A DNA stretch of 64,000 nt from Deltaproteobacteria bacterium (GCA_019310385.1 JAFDEK010000014.1:833-64832); one strand, 5' to 3'; shown: positions 8,498-18,481, counted from the stretch's first letter. Notes: generated by a model from the sequence alone, not told the origin. Made by a program: numbers and translations.

Positions 8498-11134
8498 TCA
8501 GGCCCCCCGATTCCGCCGATTCCGAAGCAGAAGATAGGCGCTCGCGAGCCCCAGGCTCAGCAGGGAGAGGGTTGCTCCCCGACGCAGAGACGGGGGCCGG
8601 AATTCGAAGCGTACGCGGTGGGTGCCCGGAGAGAGCGAGACCGCCTTGAAGGCGTCGTTGGCGAGCAGGATCTCGGCCGGCTCGCCGTCGACGGAGGCTC
8701 GCCAGCCGGGGTAGTGGGGATCCACGAAGGTGAGGATGCGCGGACCCGGCAGGTCGCGGACCTCGACCTCCACCGCGTTGGCAGAGCGCGAGACGATACG
8801 GATGTGCGCGTCTTCGTCCTGCCGATCGCTCTCGAGCCAGGCCTCGGTCAGCTGAAGATGGCCGCGCGGATCTTCCAGCTCGGTGATCAAGGTGATGCGC
8901 AGGGTTTCGAAGTCGGGCAGCGGTAGCTCGAGCTCGGCCGCTGCGTCACCGGTGGCCGCGAGGGTGAGGCGTTTGCCCACGGAGTCGCGCTCGGCTCGCG
9001 TATCGACGATCTCGCTCGAGAGAGTGGCAGCCGTGTCGCTGCGGTAGCGCAGCTTCAGGCTGCCGTGGAGGGGCGGCTGGCGCAGCTCAGGCAGGGTCAG
9101 GGCGCTGCGCATCGGCGCGCCCGTCTTGCTGCCCGTCTTCGCACGCCAGTGGAGCTGTGGGGGCAGGGCGATGGGGCTGCGCTCGATGTCGACCGATACC
9201 CCGCTGGCTTCGAGATCGCTCCGTGCGACCCGGGGCAGCGACAGACCGCCGGGCGGGTCCTCGAGAAAGACCGTGCTCGCGGCCGGAAAGGGGGTCTCGG
9301 AATCGGGAAGGGGGCCCTCTACGTAGCGCCGGGCCAGCCAGAAGGAGCGCTTGAGGAAGAGGTTGCCCCGCTGGCTCTCCTCCACCGTGTCTTCGCGCGT
9401 CAGGTAGGGCGTGTAGCGGTCGGCGCCCACCAGCGCGCGGTGGGCGCGGGCGATGTAGAGGGAATCGTAGCCATTGATGGCCGGCTGCAGCTCCAGCATG
9501 TTCCGGTTGGGATACTCCCAGGCCAGGCGGCGGTTATCGGCCCAGAAGCTCGGCGACGGCTCCCACGCGAGAGGGCGATCGATGCGGGTGTCATGGCCGA
9601 GCCAGTCCAGCGTGAAGGGAACCAGGCCCCGATTCCAGACTACGATCTCGGCGAGCAACAAGAGTGGCAGCGCTATTCCCACCGCGATGCCTGAAGTCGG
9701 ACTCGCGGGCGCCCCGCTGCCCCGCAGCCGCAACCCCGCGAGCGCGACGACCGCCAGGATGATGCAGGGCAGCACGACCACCGCGTCGCTCACCGGCAGC
9801 CTTCCGCGCGGCGGCAGGAAGCCGTAGAGCCTCCAGAGCAGCAGGCACCCGATGCCGAGACAGAGCAGTGACGGCCACAGGCTGAAGCGCCTTTCGGCCC
9901 AGCGCCGCGCGGTGGCGTCGACTCCGTAGCCCGCGAGCATGGCGAGGGGAAAGCAGGCCCAGGTCATGGCGCGGGAGAGAGTGTTGAGCCGGTAGGGCGC
10001 GACGGCAATGAAGAGCTGGGAGAAGGGAAGGGGTGGGCCGATGGAGATATCGACGAAGACGTAGAAGAGGAAGAGGTATAGGAGCACCGTTCGTCGACTG
10101 GGGTGGCAGAGGGCGGCGAGGGCCAGCAGGACGGAGCCGAGACCCGCCAGTCGGTAGTCGAGCTTCAGGTTCCATTCGCCCCAGTAGGTGGAGAAGATCC
10201 GCAGCAGCCAGGCCGCGTCCGGTAGCTTCGACGGGATGAGGTTGGGCATCCGGCCCCGCAAGCTGAAGCTCGAGAACTCCGCGGCCGGGATCAGCATCAC
10301 GGCCGCGATCCCCGCGCCGAGAGCGAAGACGAGCGCCCCCATCGCGAAGTCGCCGCCCAGGGTCGTGGCCCACTCGCGGGGAGCCCGCCCGGTGGGCCAC
10401 CTCTCGATGAAACGATGGCCCACGCCCCAGCACGCGATGCAGACACTCATGAGCAGGGTCATGTGGGGTGAGCCGGCCAGCAGTGCGAGGCCGAAGAAGA
10501 GCCCGGCGATGAGGGCAGGGCGGATGCGTTCGCGCAGCTCTTCGGCGAGGAAGCAGCGCCGCAGGAAGAGCAGCACGTAGGGCAGCCACGCCGTGGTCGT
10601 GACGAAGATGCCAGCGAGAGCCTGACGCACGAAGCCCGCACTGAAAGCGAATACGAAGGCCGTCGTCATGCAGGCCGCGAAGCTCAGCCCGTGATCCCGC
10701 GCGAAGAGAAAGGCGCCGACGCCTGCGAGGAGAACATGCAGGGCGGTCATGATCGCGATGCTGTAGTGGGCCGAGAGCGGAGTGGCGCCGAGGTCGAGGA
10801 GGCCGCGCAAGAGGTAGGGGGGATAGAAGACGAAGGAGTTCGGGTTCGCGGAGAAGGGCGTCCCGCTCAGCAGCAGCGGGTTCCACAGCGGGAGCTCGCC
10901 GCGTTGCAGCGCCGTGTCGAAGAATACCGCCTGGGGGAGATAGAAGTTCCAGTGATCCCGCAGGCCCGTGAGCTGGCTCGGGTCGGCGAGGCGCGCGGGC
11001 AGATCGAAGACGAGGGCCCCGGCCAGCGAGATGAACGCGACGGCGGCGAGGACGCGCGGGATGCCTTGGGTGGCGAGGAGCCAGGACCAGCGGCTTTCGG
11101 GCAGTGTGCCGCCATGTGCGGCGAGATTTCCCAC
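8498..11134 (-). CDS. YfhO-family polytopic membrane protein (GT-C fold glycosyltransferase)
   Basis: GELPLWNP..SGTPF..P..FYPP at the N-terminus, many TM helices, C-terminal YPGWRASVDG..ANDAFKAV..GTHRVRFEFRP. Start uncertain (11134 or 11230). Confidence 0.85.
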   Translation of the reverse strand: MGNLAAHGGTLPESRWSWLLATQGIPRVLAAVAFISLAGALVFDLPARLADPSQLTGLRDHWNFYLPQAVFFDTALQRGELPLWNPLLLSGTPFSANPNSFVFYPPYLLRGLLDLGATPLSAHYSIAIMTALHVLLAGVGAFLFARDHGLSFAACMTTAFVFAFSAGFVRQALAGIFVTTTAWLPYVLLFLRRCFLAEELRERIRPALIAGLFFGLALLAGSPHMTLLMSVCIACWGVGHRFIERWPTGRAPREWATTLGGDFAMGALVFALGAGIAAVMLIPAAEFSSFSLRGRMPNLIPSKLPDAAWLLRIFSTYWGEWNLKLDYRLAGLGSVLLALAALCHPSRRTVLLYLFLFYVFVDISIGPPLPFSQLFIAVAPYRLNTLSRAMTWACFPLAMLAGYGVDATARRWAERRFSLWPSLLCLGIGCLLLWRLYGFLPPRGRLPVSDAVVVLPCIILAVVALAGLRLRGSGAPASPTSGIAVGIALPLLLLAEIVVWNRGLVPFTLDWLGHDTRIDRPLAWEPSPSFWADNRRLAWEYPNRNMLELQPAINGYDSLYIARAHRALVGADRYTPYLTREDTVEESQRGNLFLKRSFWLARRYVEGPLPDSETPFPAASTVFLEDPPGGLSLPRVARSDLEASGVSVDIERSPIALPPQLHWRAKTGSKTGAPMRSALTLPELRQPPLHGSLKLRYRSDTAATLSSEIVDTRAERDSVGKRLTLAATGDAAAELELPLPDFETLRITLITELEDPRGHLQLTEAWLESDRQDEDAHIRIVSRSANAVEVEVRDLPGPRILTFVDPHYPGWRASVDGEPAEILLANDAFKAVSLSPGTHRVRFEFRPPSLRRGATLSLLSLGLASAYLLLRNRRNRGA

Positions 11135-11355
11135 TCCGGTCCTGCTCCGTCTGTTACGTGATGGGCCACGCGTGACAGGCCAGATGGGGCATGGCGCCAC
11201 CCTCGAGGCGCCGATGTGCCGGCGGACCATCGATTCTACCGCCGGAGAGGCGCCAGCGCTTGCGCGTCCCGGTCTCGGTGTTTTTCCCCACTTCCCATGG
11301 AGCTTCAGCCTTCGTGTCCTGCTGTACAGCGCTGTTGCTCCCCGCGTACTGACAA

Positions 11356-11383
11356 TCAAGCGTATCGCCGGGGCCGCCGATCC
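11356..11383 (+). promoter_or_regulatory. Candidate sigma28 (FliA/WhiG)-like promoter
   Basis: TCAAG-N15-GCCGATCC ending 8 bp before the kinase ATG; the motif recurs at 12927 and 39480. Confidence 0.45.
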
Positions 11384-11391
11384 ACGACGCG

Positions 11392-12870
11392 ATGAACCCC
11401 GCGTCCGTCTTCTCGGCTGGTGTGGCCTTGCTGGTACTGATGACTGCCCTGCTCAACGGGTGGGTCTACGCGCTGCGCCGCCAGGAGAAGGCCCACCTGT
11501 GGCTCGCCGTGGTGGCCCTCGGGATCATGGTCCTGGCAACGGCCCGGGCGGGAGCCTACGCGAACACCGAGGTCGCTGAGGCGGAGACGTGGCAGCGCCT
11601 CGCCTTGCTCTGCATCCCCTTCGTTGTCGTGGGATTCGTGCGCTTCTCCTTTCACTTTCTCGAGCTCGAGCGTCCGTGGCTGGACCGCGCGGCCTTCCTG
11701 ATCGGCGGGTTGGCGATTCTGGGCAGTGTGCAGCCGTGGCTCTTCTTCTCGGGTGAGCCCGTCCACCATCGCATCTCGTGGCTCGGTATCGAGCACGTGG
11801 AGCCCGGCGTCTCCCTCTTCGGGACGCTGCTCTTCACCGCGATATCGGGCGTGATCCTCTACCTGATCCCCCTCTACGCCTCCCAGCTCCACCGCCTCCA
11901 GGAGGATTCGCGACTGCTCTTCATTCCCCTCTGCGTCTGGCTCTTCGCCTGCTTCAATGACATGGCGGTGTCGGGAGCGATCTACGAGGCGCCCTACCTC
12001 ACCAGCTTCGGCTATGCGACCTTCATCCTGGTCTTCTCGGGCGTCCTGATCCGGCGTTTCGTGAGCTCCATGGAGGAGGCGGAGCGCACGAAGGAAGACC
12101 TCGAGGGCCTCGTGGAGGCACGCACCGAGGATTTGCGGCAGAAGGACCTGCTGCTCGCCCACGGCGAGCGCATGGCAACCATCGGGACCCTGGCCGCGGG
12201 GGTCGCCCATGAAATCAACAACCCCATCGCGTACGTGACCTCGAATCTCAACTGCCTGCAGGAGTTCTACGGGCGGCCCGAAGAGCGCGCCGAGGCGGAT
12301 GAGATCTTCGTCGAGTGCCGCGAAGGTCTGGGGCGGGTCAGCAATATCGTCGCCGAGCTCCTCGCCTTTGCACGTCCGAGCGAATCGCCGCCGCAGCTCG
12401 TCGACCTGGGCGAAGCCGTGCGGGGGATTCTGCCCATCATTCGCCACGAGGCGAAGGGTCGCGCCGAGATCGTAATCGAGCTCGCGCAGGTGCCGCCTGT
12501 CTGGGGAGATGCCCGTGTCCTCGGGCAGGTGTGCATGAACCTGGCCATCAATGGCATCCAGTCCATTCCCAGGGGAGGCAAGGGAGACGATCGCGTCGTC
12601 CTCTCCACGTGCCGCGAAGGAGATCGAGTGGTTCTGCGCGTGAGCGATACCGGCTGCGGGATTCCCGAAGACGTGTTGCCCCGGATCTTCGACCCCTTCT
12701 TTACCACCAAGGATCAGGGCGAGGGGACGGGCCTCGGTCTGGCGATCACCCATCAGCTGGTGGCGCGCCACTCGGGCGAGATCGCGGTCGAGAGCAGTCC
12801 GGGAGGGACCACATTCCTGGTCTCGCTTCCGATCCCCGAGACCGAGGCGGCGGGTAGCCGGATCCAATGA
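11392..12870 (+). CDS. Membrane sensor histidine kinase with about 7 N-terminal TM helices
   Basis: H-box GVAHEINNP, N-box NLAING, DTGCG, FDPFFTTK, GTGLGL. Confidence 0.93.
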   Translation: MNPASVFSAGVALLVLMTALLNGWVYALRRQEKAHLWLAVVALGIMVLATARAGAYANTEVAEAETWQRLALLCIPFVVVGFVRFSFHFLELERPWLDRAAFLIGGLAILGSVQPWLFFSGEPVHHRISWLGIEHVEPGVSLFGTLLFTAISGVILYLIPLYASQLHRLQEDSRLLFIPLCVWLFACFNDMAVSGAIYEAPYLTSFGYATFILVFSGVLIRRFVSSMEEAERTKEDLEGLVEARTEDLRQKDLLLAHGERMATIGTLAAGVAHEINNPIAYVTSNLNCLQEFYGRPEERAEADEIFVECREGLGRVSNIVAELLAFARPSESPPQLVDLGEAVRGILPIIRHEAKGRAEIVIELAQVPPVWGDARVLGQVCMNLAINGIQSIPRGGKGDDRVVLSTCREGDRVVLRVSDTGCGIPEDVLPRIFDPFFTTKDQGEGTGLGLAITHQLVARHSGEIAVESSPGGTTFLVSLPIPETEAAGSRIQ

Positions 12871-12926
12871 TGGGGGAGGGTTCCGCTGCCACACCAGTCA
12901 ACCGTCGACGGGTCGACCCCACGCGG

Positions 12927-12954
12927 TCAATCCTCGGCGTCCACTGGCCGATGC
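12927..12954 (+). promoter_or_regulatory. Candidate sigma28-like promoter of the CheY/CheX pair
   Basis: TCAAT-N15-GCCGATGC, 43 bp upstream of ATG 12998 (GGAGG RBS). Confidence 0.4.
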
Positions 12955-12997
12955 GTCTCTTGACCCGGATCTCCGGGCATCTCGCGGGAGGTAGTGC

Positions 12998-13402
12998 ATG
13001 GCAGACGACCTGAGGATCGTCACCGTCGACGACAGCAGGGTCGCATTGGCTCAGCTGGAGAGTGTCGTCGACGGCGTGGAGGGCGCCGAGGTGGTGGGCA
13101 GCGTGCGCGACGGCGCCTCTGCGATTCGTGCCGTGGCGGAGCTGGAGCCCGATCTCGTCATGATGGACATCGTAATGCCCGACATGGACGGCCTCTCGGC
13201 ACTGCGTGTCATCATGGCAAACCACCCCGAGGTCCGCGTCGCGTTGGTCACCTCCCTGGGCGGCTCGGGCAGCCACGCGGAAGAGGCCTTCCGGCTGGGC
13301 GCCATACAGGTGATCGCCAAGCCCTTCGAGCCGGAGCTCATCGAGGCCCTGGTCGAGGGCGAGCGAGAGCATCGCGACGCCGAGTCGAAGAGGGGATCGT
13401 GA
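12998..13402 (+). CDS. Single-domain CheY-like response regulator
   Basis: VDDS, MDIVMPDMDG (phospho-Asp), T/S, KPF motifs. Confidence 0.92.
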   Translation: MADDLRIVTVDDSRVALAQLESVVDGVEGAEVVGSVRDGASAIRAVAELEPDLVMMDIVMPDMDGLSALRVIMANHPEVRVALVTSLGGSGSHAEEAFRLGAIQVIAKPFEPELIEALVEGEREHRDAESKRGS

Positions 13403-14232
13403 GCGTCAAGTTCTTCGGCCAGTACCTCATCGAGCAGGGCGAGATCGACGCCGCCTCGCTGCGCGAGGCCCTCGACCTCATGGAGCTCGAGAACCAGACC
13501 CTCGGCGAGCACGCCGTGGCAGCGGGCTTTGCGCGAGAGGCGGACTGCCGCCGGGTCAACGGCGAGCAGCGCCGGCTGGACCGGCCCTTCGGTGAGCTGG
13601 CCGTCGACATGGGCATCCTCAACTCGGTCGAGCTGGAGGAGCTGCTGCTGCGGCAGCAGATGAGCCGGCTCGAAGTGAGCGATGCCCTGCTGCGCCTGGG
13701 TCACGTCGTGCAGGATCGTATGGCCCTGCTGCTGGATCGCTTCAAGCAGGAGCAAGCCCCCCACGCTTGCGGCAGCGTCGAGCTGCCAGAAGGACTGCGC
13801 GGGAATCGACTCGCGCGCTCCCTCGTCGATTTGTTGCCTCGTTTCTGTGTCAGGGTGGGAGGCCTCGAGCTGAAGGTGAAGCCCCCAGTGGCCGTCACCA
13901 CCCTCGACCCGCGCGATCTCGTGGCCTCCGTGGTGGTGGTCGCCAATCCGGGCGTGGAGATGGCGCTGCTGGCCGATTGCGGCTTCGGGCAGAAGCTGGC
14001 TTCGGGCATCTCGGGGCTCGACCTCTCGACCCAGCCCGTCGAGCTGGCCGTGGATGCCCTGGGCGAATTCCTGAACGTCCTCGCCGGTAACGTGATGAGC
14101 GCCCTCGAGCAGGACGAAGGCCTGGAGTGCCGCCTCGAGGCACCCCGCTTCGGCGTGCTACCCGGGGAGGGCTACGAGTTCGAGCTGGTTTCCCTCTGCG
14201 GCGAAGCCAGCTTCGTGCTCGCTCCGTGCTGA
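13399..14232 (+). CDS. CheX/CheC-like protein with N-terminal MshEN-like helical repeats
   Basis: C-terminal DALGEFLNVLAGN (ExxN); N-terminal FFGQYLIEQGEI, TLGEHAVAAG, PFGELAVDMGIL repeats; GTGA overlap with the regulator. Confidence 0.75.
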   Translation: MSVKFFGQYLIEQGEIDAASLREALDLMELENQTLGEHAVAAGFAREADCRRVNGEQRRLDRPFGELAVDMGILNSVELEELLLRQQMSRLEVSDALLRLGHVVQDRMALLLDRFKQEQAPHACGSVELPEGLRGNRLARSLVDLLPRFCVRVGGLELKVKPPVAVTTLDPRDLVASVVVVANPGVEMALLADCGFGQKLASGISGLDLSTQPVELAVDALGEFLNVLAGNVMSALEQDEGLECRLEAPRFGVLPGEGYEFELVSLCGEASFVLAPC

Positions 14233-14250
14233 GCCCCGTCTTCTTTTGGC

Positions 14251-14297
14251 CAGGAACGGCCTTCGAACAGGAACGGCCTTCAAACAGGAACGGCCTT
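14251..14297. repeat. 17-bp tandem repeat (3 copies) spanning the MFS stop codon
   Basis: CAGGAACGGCCTT at 14251, 14268 and 14285. Confidence 0.9.
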
Positions 14298-15455
14298 TGC
14301 GCTCGTCTCCGAGGCGGGCAGGACGCTGCTCGCGATGAACGCTACCGCCATGAGGAGGCCAGCCAGCAGATAGGGGGCGCCCATCTGGTAGTCGTAGAGG
14401 GCGCCCGCGGCCAGGGGGCCGAAGACCCGAGCCAACGCCGACGCCGACTGGAAGCCGCCCATGACGGCGCCGCGGGTTACCGAGGTTGCGCGCAGGGACA
14501 CCATGCTCATCAAGGAGGGCTGGCTGATTGCGCGTCCCACGGCGGATAGGCCGAGGGGGAGCAGCAGCAGGGTCACCCGGTACATCCAGGGGATGGCGAA
14601 GAAGGCCGACGACATGAAAGCGACGCCGGCCACGAGCAGGGTCTTCTCGCCGAAGCGCCGCGCCAGGCCCCGGATCGCGCCGCCCTGGATGCTCATGGTA
14701 ATAAAAGCCATGAAGACCAGGATGAAGGCGACCTGCATGGCGTCGTAGGAGAAGCGGTCCTTCATCAGGTAGGCGAAGGTGGTCTCGAGCTGGCAGACCG
14801 CGAAGGTGAAGATGAAGTTGATGGTGCAGAGCCGGCGCACGGCGGGGTCGGCGAGAACCTCGCGGGGCCGCGGCACATCGCTCTCCCGGGGCAGGTGCCT
14901 CGCGGGCTCCTTCAGGACGAAGCAGGCGTAGACGAAGTTGACGGTCGCCATGCCCGCGGCGGCCAGCATGGGCACGCCGTATCCGTAGGGTGAGAGCAGG
15001 CCGCCGATGGCGGGCCCGAGGAGGAAGCCCACTCCGAAGGAGGCGCCGATCATTCCCATCCAGCGCGTCCGCTCTCCCTCCTCGGTGACGTCGCTCAGGT
15101 AGGCGGTCGCCACGCTGATATTGGCGCCGAAGATGCCGCCCAGGATGCGGGCGATGAAGAGCCAGATGAGGGAGTCGGCGAGGCCCAGCAGGAGCAGCGC
15201 CGCGCCGGTGCCCGCGATGGTGACGAGCATGACCGGGCGGCGGCCGACGCGATCGGAAAGGCGCCCCCAGATCGGCGCGAAGACGAACTGCATGGCGGCG
15301 TAGCAGGTCAGGAGCAGGCCCAGCACCGTGGCGCTCGCGCCGTAGGCGTCGGCGTAGAAGGGCAGGATAGGCAGCACGATGCCAAAGCCGATGAGGTCGA
15401 CGATGACGATGCTGAAGAGGATCGGCAGGGTCGACTTGGGACGGTCCGCGGGCAT
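14280..15455 (-). CDS. MFS transporter, TetA/DHA1-like drug:H+ antiporter
   Basis: DLIGFGIVLPILP, motif A GRLSDRVGRRPV, motif C GFLLGPAIGG; about 12 TM helices. Confidence 0.92.
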   Translation of the reverse strand: MPADRPKSTLPILFSIVIVDLIGFGIVLPILPFYADAYGASATVLGLLLTCYAAMQFVFAPIWGRLSDRVGRRPVMLVTIAGTGAALLLLGLADSLIWLFIARILGGIFGANISVATAYLSDVTEEGERTRWMGMIGASFGVGFLLGPAIGGLLSPYGYGVPMLAAAGMATVNFVYACFVLKEPARHLPRESDVPRPREVLADPAVRRLCTINFIFTFAVCQLETTFAYLMKDRFSYDAMQVAFILVFMAFITMSIQGGAIRGLARRFGEKTLLVAGVAFMSSAFFAIPWMYRVTLLLLPLGLSAVGRAISQPSLMSMVSLRATSVTRGAVMGGFQSASALARVFGPLAAGALYDYQMGAPYLLAGLLMAVAFIASSVLPASETSAKAVPV

Positions 15456-15532
15456 GCAGGGGGTCTCTGTGGATTGCAGTGGGGGCGGAATCGGAGCGCG
15501 CCCGACTATATCGGATGCTGGATTCCCGTGCC

Positions 15533-15558
15533 GATCCGCCTCCGATCGGAGGCGGATC
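15533..15558. promoter_or_regulatory. Perfect 26-bp palindrome between divergent genes
   Basis: GATCCGCCTCCGA|TCGGAGGCGGATC with no spacer. Confidence 0.7.
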
Positions 15559-15618
15559 CGAGAGGGCTAATCCCAGAGCTCCAGTTGGACGAAGGAGGGT
15601 CTGGAGGGAAGAAAACCC

Positions 15619-16305
15619 ATGTTCTGCAACGCCTGTGGCACGCGAGTCGGCGGCTTCGATCGCAACTGTCCCAACTGCGGGCGCGGTCTCAAGGCGCGCG
15701 GGTCCGGGAGCAGCATGTCGAAGACCAATGAGCCCTCGGCGTCCCAGTCCCTCTCTCCCTCGTCCGCCCAGATGCCCAATCCCAGCAAGTCGTCCCTCGA
15801 CCCGAAGCCCGCCGCCAAGGGCAAGCCCAAGTCGGCTGCCCGGCCTGCGGGCTCCAAGGCCAAGCAGGCTGCTCGTCCTCCGGCCGCGGCTCCGGTCGTC
15901 TCCGGCGGTGGCGCCCCCGACATCCGGAGCCTGCTGTGGGAGACACCCGAGGAGTTGGAACCGGGTCTCAGCGTCTACCAGGACGCCGAGTCGAAGCCCG
16001 TCGGGATCCGCTACGAGAGCGAGGTGGGGCAGATCGATCTGCTGGCCCGCGACAACGGGGGCGGCCTCGTCGTGGTGATGGTCGCGGACGAGAGTGAGAA
16101 GAAGGGCAAGGAGCTGGTGTCCGACGTCCTCGAGCGGATCGGCTGGGTGCGGCTGCAGGTCGCCGAGTCCGGGCAGGAGGTGCGCGCCATCGTCCTCACC
16201 GGCTCCGTTCCCGACGATCTCAGCTACGCGGCGGCCGCGGTTTCCGGGACGGTCGCGTTCAAGACCTATCGCGTTGCGGTCGCCTTCGAAGACGTCATCG
16301 TCTGA
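15619..16305 (+). CDS. Zinc-ribbon plus NucS/EndoMS C-terminal-like domain protein (degenerate nuclease motif)
   Basis: N-terminal CxxC-x10-CxxC; low-complexity linker; LEPGL..VGQIDLLARD.GG.LVVV..RIGWV..VRAIV. Confidence 0.7.
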   Translation: MFCNACGTRVGGFDRNCPNCGRGLKARGSGSSMSKTNEPSASQSLSPSSAQMPNPSKSSLDPKPAAKGKPKSAARPAGSKAKQAARPPAAAPVVSGGGAPDIRSLLWETPEELEPGLSVYQDAESKPVGIRYESEVGQIDLLARDNGGGLVVVMVADESEKKGKELVSDVLERIGWVRLQVAESGQEVRAIVLTGSVPDDLSYAAAAVSGTVAFKTYRVAVAFEDVIV

Positions 16306-16480
16306 CACCGGCGCCCTCCTTGGGAGCTCCCGGGCGCGGCTCTCGGCCGTGCGCCCCCGTCACGCCTTCACTCACGCCTACGCCCGCCTTCACCTCGAGC
16401 TCGTCTACACGCTAAGCTCGGTCAATGCACGAACTTCGTTCCAGGGAGATCGCGCGCGCCGACGCCGGCGCGCCTCCACC

Positions 16481-18481
16481 ATGGCACGCGCCGGATGGCT
16501 TCCCCTCGCCCTGGTGATGTTGGCCGGCGCCTGCGCGTCGCCCGCTGGGCCGGAAGGCAGGCCCAGGGAGCCCGGCGGCGAGCCGGGAAGGGCGGCTGTC
16601 AGCGCGCGGGGTGACGACGGCGCTGCGGTCGCGGCTCGCGACGAAGAGGGGGCCACGCCGCTTCATCTGGCTGCGGGTCTTCCCCCGTCGTCGGCCGATC
16701 CGGCCGAGGCCTCCGACGGGGCGGCGGCCCGGCGCGAAGGGGCCGTCGAGCAGCTTCTCGCGGCCGGGGCGCCCATCGAGGCTCGGGACTCGCGGGGGCG
16801 CACACCTCTCCACTACGCAGCCCGGGCGGGCAACGGCGACGCCGTGCGCGCGCTCTTCGTAGCGGGTGCCGAGCTCGATGCACAGGACGATTCCGGTGCG
16901 ACGCCCCTGCTTCTCGCCATCGTCGAGGGACAGAGCGCACTGGCGAAGCAGCTCATCGATCTCGGAGCCGCCCTCGACATTGCAGCCGAAATCGGAGGCA
17001 AGGGGGGCAGGACCGCCCTGCACCAGGCGGTCGTGGCCGCCAGCCCCAAGCTCGTCGAGGCGCTGCTCGAGAACGGTGCTGATCCCAACCTGGGCGACGC
17101 CGCGGGCGACACACCGCTGCACCTCGCTGTTCGGGAAGGGAGTCCCCGTCTGGCCGCCCTGTTGCTCGAGAAGGGTGCGGACCCCGGTATCGAGAATGCC
17201 GGGGGAAGCAGTCCACGCGAGATGGCGCGGGAGCGCAAGCGGGATCCGACCGCCCGTCTCGTCGAGGCCTCCGCCTCGCCGCTGCACCGTGCGGCCGCGC
17301 AGGGGGATATCGAGCAGATGCAGAAGCTGCTCGAGCACGGCACGGATGTGGACCGCCGTGACGTCAACGGAGCGACTCCCCTGGCGGCAGCCGCTGCCGC
17401 GGGCCAGGTGAAGGTGGTGGCCCTGCTGATCGAGCGCGGCGCCGACGTGGACCTCGCCGACGAAGGTGCTGCCACGCCGCTCCACGGCGCGGCTCGGGCC
17501 GGCAGCCTCGAGGTCATCGAGCAGCTGCTTGCGGCCGGTGCAGCGGTCGATCCCCGGAATGCCAGGGAGGTGACGCCCCTGCTCGCCGCGATGGAGGCGG
17601 GCCACGCCGCGGTGGCGGCTGCGCTGCTCGAAGCGGGAGCCGATCCCCGATGGACCAGCCGCCACGGAGAGACGCCGCTATTTCTCGCGATTCAGCGAGG
17701 AGAGGCCGCGTTGCTCGAAGCCCTCGTGGAACGGGGGATCGAGGTAGACCGCCGCCTCGTCAACGGCTCGACGCCTCTGGCGTTTGCGGCGGCGAGTGGT
17801 CGCCCGGAGCTGGTCGCCCTGTTGCTCGCCGCCGGTGCCGAGGTCGTCGTGACCGATGGCTCCGGTCGCACGCCTCTCTTCCTGGCCATCAAGCAGGGAT
17901 CTCCGGAGACCGTGGCGCTGCTGCTCGACCACGGCGCTGACCCCCAGGCGCGGCTCTCGGGCGAGCTCACCCCGCTGCTCCTCGCCCTCCAGGAGGGCCA
18001 CGGCGATGTCGCCCTGTCGTTGCTCAGTCCATCGACGGATCTGGCCGCGACGAATCTGCGCGGTGACACGCCGCTCGTGGTTGCGGCGGAGACGGGTCAG
18101 CGTCGGGTCGTCGGCGCGCTGCTGGGCGAAGAAGCGGCGGGCGCCCTCGGCGGCGGCGCCGAGCCGCCTACGGAGGCGGAGCTCTCCAAGGCGTTGTTGC
18201 GGACCCTCGTCGGCATGGAGCGGGTGGCCCGGCCGCTATCGCAGAGGCGAGGCACGCCCGGGGTTGCGGTGCGTCGACACGGCCCCGCCCTGGCCGCGGA
18301 GCCGCTCGAGCGGTACCGCGCCGTTGCCCGTGCGCTTCTCAGCGCGGGGGCGAAACCCGACCTCGAGCGGGACGCTTCCGGGAGGACCGCCAGGCAGCTG
18401 GCGAGTGCGCTTGGCGAGGAGGAGCTCCTCGAAGCGATGGAGGATTCGAACGCTGAGCCCGAACCCCTGTCGCTCGATTGA
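16481..18481 (+). CDS. Ankyrin-repeat lipoprotein
   Basis: Lipobox LAGAC; more than 13 GxTPLHxAA..G..LL..GAD repeats. Confidence 0.9.
   Translation: MARAGWLPLALVMLAGACASPAGPEGRPREPGGEPGRAAVSARGDDGAAVAARDEEGATPLHLAAGLPPSSADPAEASDGAAARREGAVEQLLAAGAPIEARDSRGRTPLHYAARAGNGDAVRALFVAGAELDAQDDSGATPLLLAIVEGQSALAKQLIDLGAALDIAAEIGGKGGRTALHQAVVAASPKLVEALLENGADPNLGDAAGDTPLHLAVREGSPRLAALLLEKGADPGIENAGGSSPREMARERKRDPTARLVEASASPLHRAAAQGDIEQMQKLLEHGTDVDRRDVNGATPLAAAAAAGQVKVVALLIERGADVDLADEGAATPLHGAARAGSLEVIEQLLAAGAAVDPRNAREVTPLLAAMEAGHAAVAAALLEAGADPRWTSRHGETPLFLAIQRGEAALLEALVERGIEVDRRLVNGSTPLAFAAASGRPELVALLLAAGAEVVVTDGSGRTPLFLAIKQGSPETVALLLDHGADPQARLSGELTPLLLALQEGHGDVALSLLSPSTDLAATNLRGDTPLVVAAETGQRRVVGALLGEEAAGALGGGAEPPTEAELSKALLRTLVGMERVARPLSQRRGTPGVAVRRHGPALAAEPLERYRAVARALLSAGAKPDLERDASGRTARQLASALGEEELLEAMEDSNAEPEPLSLD

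Noticed and set aside
16350-16410. RHAFTHAYARLHLELVY resembling the MutY C-terminal motif
   Set aside because: Too short, and explained by a local CACGCCT micro-repeat; not supportable as a relic.
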